DNA of 64,000 nucleotides from Sarea resinae (Eukaryota): NCBI GenBank assembly GCA_026026165.1, contig JAPEUD010000102.1, positions 1 to 64,000 of the forward strand, read 5' to 3'. Shown piece by piece: positions 59,892 to 64,000 of this stretch (position 1 is its first letter; each line of letters starts with the position of its first letter). The notes under the pieces were generated by a model. It saw only the letters and a program-made list of their open reading frames with translations, ran no database searches and was not told where the DNA came from. The position numbers and the translations under genes were made by a program.

Positions 59892-62088
59892 TTAGCATGA
59901 CCGAGTGTGCTTCTTACATTGATCGTCGAACGTTGCGCCAAATTCATTCAGAGGTATGGCATCAAAATCCGTCAGAAAGTCGTCAGCAGCGGGCCCGCTA
60001 CCGTCCTCGGTAGACGCTTCTGTGTTTCCAAGGACAACACCTAGAGCTTTCGCTACTTTTCTAGCTTCCGCAGATGCCGTACTCATTTGAAGCCAAATCT
60101 TATGCGAGATCGTCAGTCGTTGTCGAATCTCTTCAGCCCTAGGCGACCACGTTGTCTGTCCTCCAGTCTCAGGCAATTCAAATTTATCGACGTCTTGAAG
60201 GTAGAGACAGAGCACGCTCGTTGCGAGGAGAACATCCTGGTTGAAAATATGGGTGACCTTCCATCTAAGCTGACACAAACGACCAAATGGCTGAGACTCT
60301 TCGTGAAGCATCTGTTGAAACGATAGAATTTTGAGTGCGGAATCTAAACAAATTCGCACCGACTCCCTGTCCCGCTCTTGAGACTGTCGAACTGGGTAGC
60401 TGATCAAAGCTCTCCGGTACAGGAGGATGCGTGATTTGTAGTAGGTCGTCTCTACACTTACCCGCTGTACCACAAGGTTTGGACTATCCGTGATAGGGTG
60501 TGGTAGAATTTCCCAGCGCAGCACGGCCGGAATAGCACGATTGTGTACGTCTTCAAGAAGTGCGTCGACCTTGATGACCTTGTCATAGGAAGGGGGATTA
60601 ATATCGGTGTTGACGTCGCAAATCAAGCCGAGGGCTGATATCAGTCGTCCTTTTGCAATGAGAGGCAGCACCGGCGTCCATTCTGTTTCTGGCCTCGGCG
60701 GAGGCATCTCAGTCGTGTCCTCTTCAAAGTCACAGTCGCGCAGATTACGGGGCTGTTTGGTATCGATGTGCGTATCTGTGGCATTTCGAGGAAGGCCCAT
60801 CTCCAAGGAGAGAACGAGATCTAATTGAAGGATTGTAGTCCAGATGCGTCTACGCATCTCACCCTCGAATGGAGATATTCCGGGAAAGTGATCTGGGTCC
60901 CGGTGATAGCCCATGCGCATTGCAAGATGAAGGATCAGACTGATCAAAAGCCAGCCATCGGTAGCGCTATCTTTCAAGAGTACAGACTCTCCAGTAAGGA
61001 ACGTTATGAGGGTTTCCAGGATATATGGTCCTCCCGTCGTATACCTAGCCAGAATAAGACACTGAACGGCCTTCTCACGGAAGTCATCCTTCATGGTAAG
61101 ATATTCCGCCTTGAGCGATTCGGCTCGTCCGTCGGTGAAGTCAATGGTGAAGGTCTGCAACTGCGCAGCAATATATAACATGGAGAACAGGAGACCGATC
61201 CAAGCGATAGAAGTTGCAGACGGATCTTCCCAGAAGGTTTCATACTAATCAAATGTCAGACTGCTTGTAATCGGCCAGGTTAGAAAGAACCCACCTCTCG
61301 GAGAAACTTCTTGCCATGAATGAGATCTACAGCACACAGTCAATGCCTCTGAGAGCGGAAAGGAAGCTTGGATGTACCGACATGGAGTGATAATGTAGGA
61401 ATCGAAGTGAAGGGCTATGAGGCGGTCAACAACTGGACGAGGAGGAACCGCAGCCAGTATCTCATCTCGAGTTGCATGACGGTTCGGGCCATAGAACAAG
61501 CGTGACCCGGGCGGAGCCTTGCTATTAATGACCAAGTCCTCCTTCAGTCCTCTGATTTTGGTCAGAATGGCCTCCCAATGGACACTCTGGACATAGCTGG
61601 TTCCAGACTCGCGCAACTTTAGGGTGCCAGGGTCTGCCGGGGATGCCGCTTCACCTTGGGATTTCTTTGGACTCCGGATCTCCGGGGACCCATCTGCGAA
61701 TGATGGCGCGCTTGGTCTCGGCGATTTCGGTGCGGGCGGACTTAGGAGTGATGGGCCTTTCATGAGCGTCACGACAAGGCTCTCCAGTTCCGAGATTCGG
61801 CCATGGAGGCTGGTGGACTGTCGCGGAGCAACGGACCGCTGAGCGTCGGGCGTCGAAGAAGAAGATGTTGTCGCATAATTGCAGGGGTCGGTGAGGCCAC
61901 GCCTTGAGCAAGCTCCGCATGGGTGCTGTCGGTCGCACCTCAGCCTTGCAAAGTTCAGTGTGCACGACTTGGTGATGGTGATGGCTATCGAGCACGTACT
62001 TTCGGTGTCTGCAAGGGTCGCAGGAAACCTGGACTTTGTCTCGGCGTCGATTTGGCGGCGGACGCGGACGGTGAGCAATGTCGGCCAT
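59892..62088 (-). CDS. Zn(II)2Cys6 transcription factor with fungal-specific TF domain (3' end uncertain)
   Basis: RRRDKVQVSCDPCRHRK|LRCDRQHPCGACSRRGLTDPC; HWEAIL; AMRMGYHRDP..FEGEMRRRIW; several introns. Confidence 0.9.
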
Positions 62089-62317
62089 GGTGTGACTGGA
62101 TTGAGGCGATTGCGGAGCTCAACCTCGTCGAGAAAGAAGATGTCTGGCGGCGCCAACCGAATGGGTTTTATCGAAAATTGGTCTTCGTTCTCCTTTTGAC
62201 GGAGATTGATGATAGAGACAGAGTACAACTAGTATATTGTCGGATTCGAAACTGAGTTCGTTTGGGACTATCGACTGATATGGATGGGTATGAGGTATGA
62301 GGCGATGGAGAAAGGAA

Positions 62318-62343
62318 CGACCGTCCGACCGTCCGACCGTCCG
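62318..62343. promoter_or_regulatory. Tandem CGACCGTC repeats (CCG/CGG triplets) in the divergent TF-MFS promoter; possible Zn2Cys6 sites
   Basis: cgaccgtccgaccgtccgaccgtccg read directly. Zn2Cys6 factors commonly bind CGG triplets; function here is inferred. Confidence 0.35.
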
Positions 62344-62648
62344 CGCGCCGCCCACGACGCCAGCTCCTCCTGCTCCTCCGACCCTCCGCGTCCGCTCGCT
62401 CTCCGAGCTCCCCTTCGATCAAGCAAATCTCCCATTTGGCTCCGCATTGACGAACCGTTTTGCGGATTTAGTAGCTGGCGCAATGAGCCCTTGCCCAAAA
62501 AGAAGAAAAATAGCCATGACTCCTCTACGCGGCCTTCTTCGTCCGGGCGTGGTCCGGCCCGCCTACCCTGCCTTCAAATATATATATAGCAAGCAAAGCC
62601 TGGCACCCGTGAACAAATACGCGCCCATATCCCTCTCGACAGCATATC

Positions 62649-64000
62649 ATGGCGGCCGACTGGGAATCCGCACATGAGAAGCCGGCCATATCGGAAGACG
62701 GCCACCATGACCAGCAATCGAGCGAGTCTGACCAAACAGCCATTGAACAAGAGACAAAGAACAATGTCGTCGACTGGGAGGGGCCTGACGATGCCCAGAA
62801 TCCGCGGAACTGGCCAGCATGGAAACGCATGACCCAAGTCGTCTTCGCCAGCGCTTTCTTGCTCACCGCGTAAGGCAGTCCCTGTTCCTGCGCTCCTTTG
62901 GCGAAGCACATCCCGAATCCCATACTGACCAATACACACATACAGCAACCTCGCCGCGACAATGTTTGCACCTGGAGCGGCCTCGCTTGCTCAGGAGTTC
63001 CATATCACGAGTTCCACCATTGTCAGTCTCACCGTGTCCATCTACCTTTGCGGCATCGCCATTGGGCCAATGTTCATTGCACCGCTATCCGAACTGTACG
63101 GACGCCTGGTGATCTACCACACCTGCAATATCTTTTACCTTGGCTTCATCATCGGATGTGCGCTGAGCACAAACACCGGCAGTTTTCTCGCTTTTCGATT
63201 CCTGGCCGGATGTGCTTCTTCGGGCCCATTGACAGTTGGCGGAGGAACCGTCGCCGACGTCGTCCCGCCAGCTCAGCGTGGGAGGGTAATGTCTGTGTTC
63301 TTCATGGGACCACTTCTGGGACCAGTAGATGGCATCACCCCACGCAAACCGTCATGACACTGACGATCCTTCAAGGTCTTGGGCCCCATTATTGGTGGCT
63401 TTGTGTCCGAATCAATTGGCTGGCGATGGACTTTTTGGATCATCTTAATCCTCGTGGGTAGAGCACAACCCCGACGATTCTTGAGTCGCTGACGGTTCGA
63501 CCTAGGCAGGAGTATCATTTACCATATCAATCTTCCTCCTCCGCGAGACCAATGCCGCCGTGCTGCTAGGATGGAAAGCCGCTCGCCTCCGGAAAGAAAC
63601 GGGCAATGCTGCTCTGGTTTCGAAGATGGATCGAGGCCTGACCCCCCGCCAGCTATTCCTCCGCGCTATTACTCGGCCAACAAAGCTTCTCATCCTGTCG
63701 CCAATCGTGCTCCTCCTTTCCCTCCTGTGCGCGTTCGTTTTCAGCCTCCTCTTTATGCTGTTCACTACGTTTCCCACGGTCTTTGAGGAACAATACCACT
63801 TCTCCGCCGGCGTTTCTGGCTTGTCATATCTCGGCGTTGGAATTGGAATGGTCGTCTCTCTCGGATTCTTTGCCACCGTGAGCGACAAACTGCAAAAGGC
63901 ACTTGGAGATTCGCCCAAACCTGAAGGACGCCTGAAGCCCATGGCGTGGGTCATGCCCGCCGTGCCCGTCGGCATCTTCTGGTATGGCTGGGCAGCCGAG
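62649..64000 (+). CDS. MFS transporter, DHA1 family (runs off the window end)
   Basis: VDWEGPDDAQNPRNWP, APLSELYGRLVIYH, FRFLAGC, GGGTVAD, GWRWTF, RETNA, PEGRLKP. Confidence 0.9.

Overview
Intron-containing, filamentous ascomycete genomic DNA. About 1-3 kb is RIP-like degenerate sequence. 3.7-8.3 kb holds two uncharacterised genes. 8.9-18.1 kb is a housekeeping block (PHO88/SND3, RAD14, striatin, GPI19/PIG-P). 18.8-25.9 kb holds nutrient-scavenging genes (histidine acid phosphatase; divergent TauD-type dioxygenase and Dal5-family MFS transporter). From 26 kb onward the region looks accessory, and two systems stand out. (1) At 38.3-50.7 kb, ALA synthase (HEM1), PBG synthase (HEM2) and PBG deaminase (HEM3) homologues, probably paralogues, cluster with a fungal ATP-grasp ligase and a DHA1 MFS efflux pump. 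No uroporphyrinogen III synthase is visible. The block is bounded by an AT-rich RIP relic and a pseudogene, and is a candidate ALA/pyrrole-derived secondary-metabolite cluster. (2) At 26.3-31.2 kb, a ~1190-aa TPR-like/CHAT (caspase-like) protease sits head-to-head with a 288-aa beta-rich protein that is not obviously a gasdermin, a candidate protease-activated cell-death/defence module. Also present: a Baeyer-Villiger monooxygenase, two amidohydrolases, a WW-like domain protein, an MM3350-like frameshifted gene, a Zn2Cys6 TF/MFS pair and several microsatellites. All gene models and family calls were read by eye from motifs; no database searches were run.
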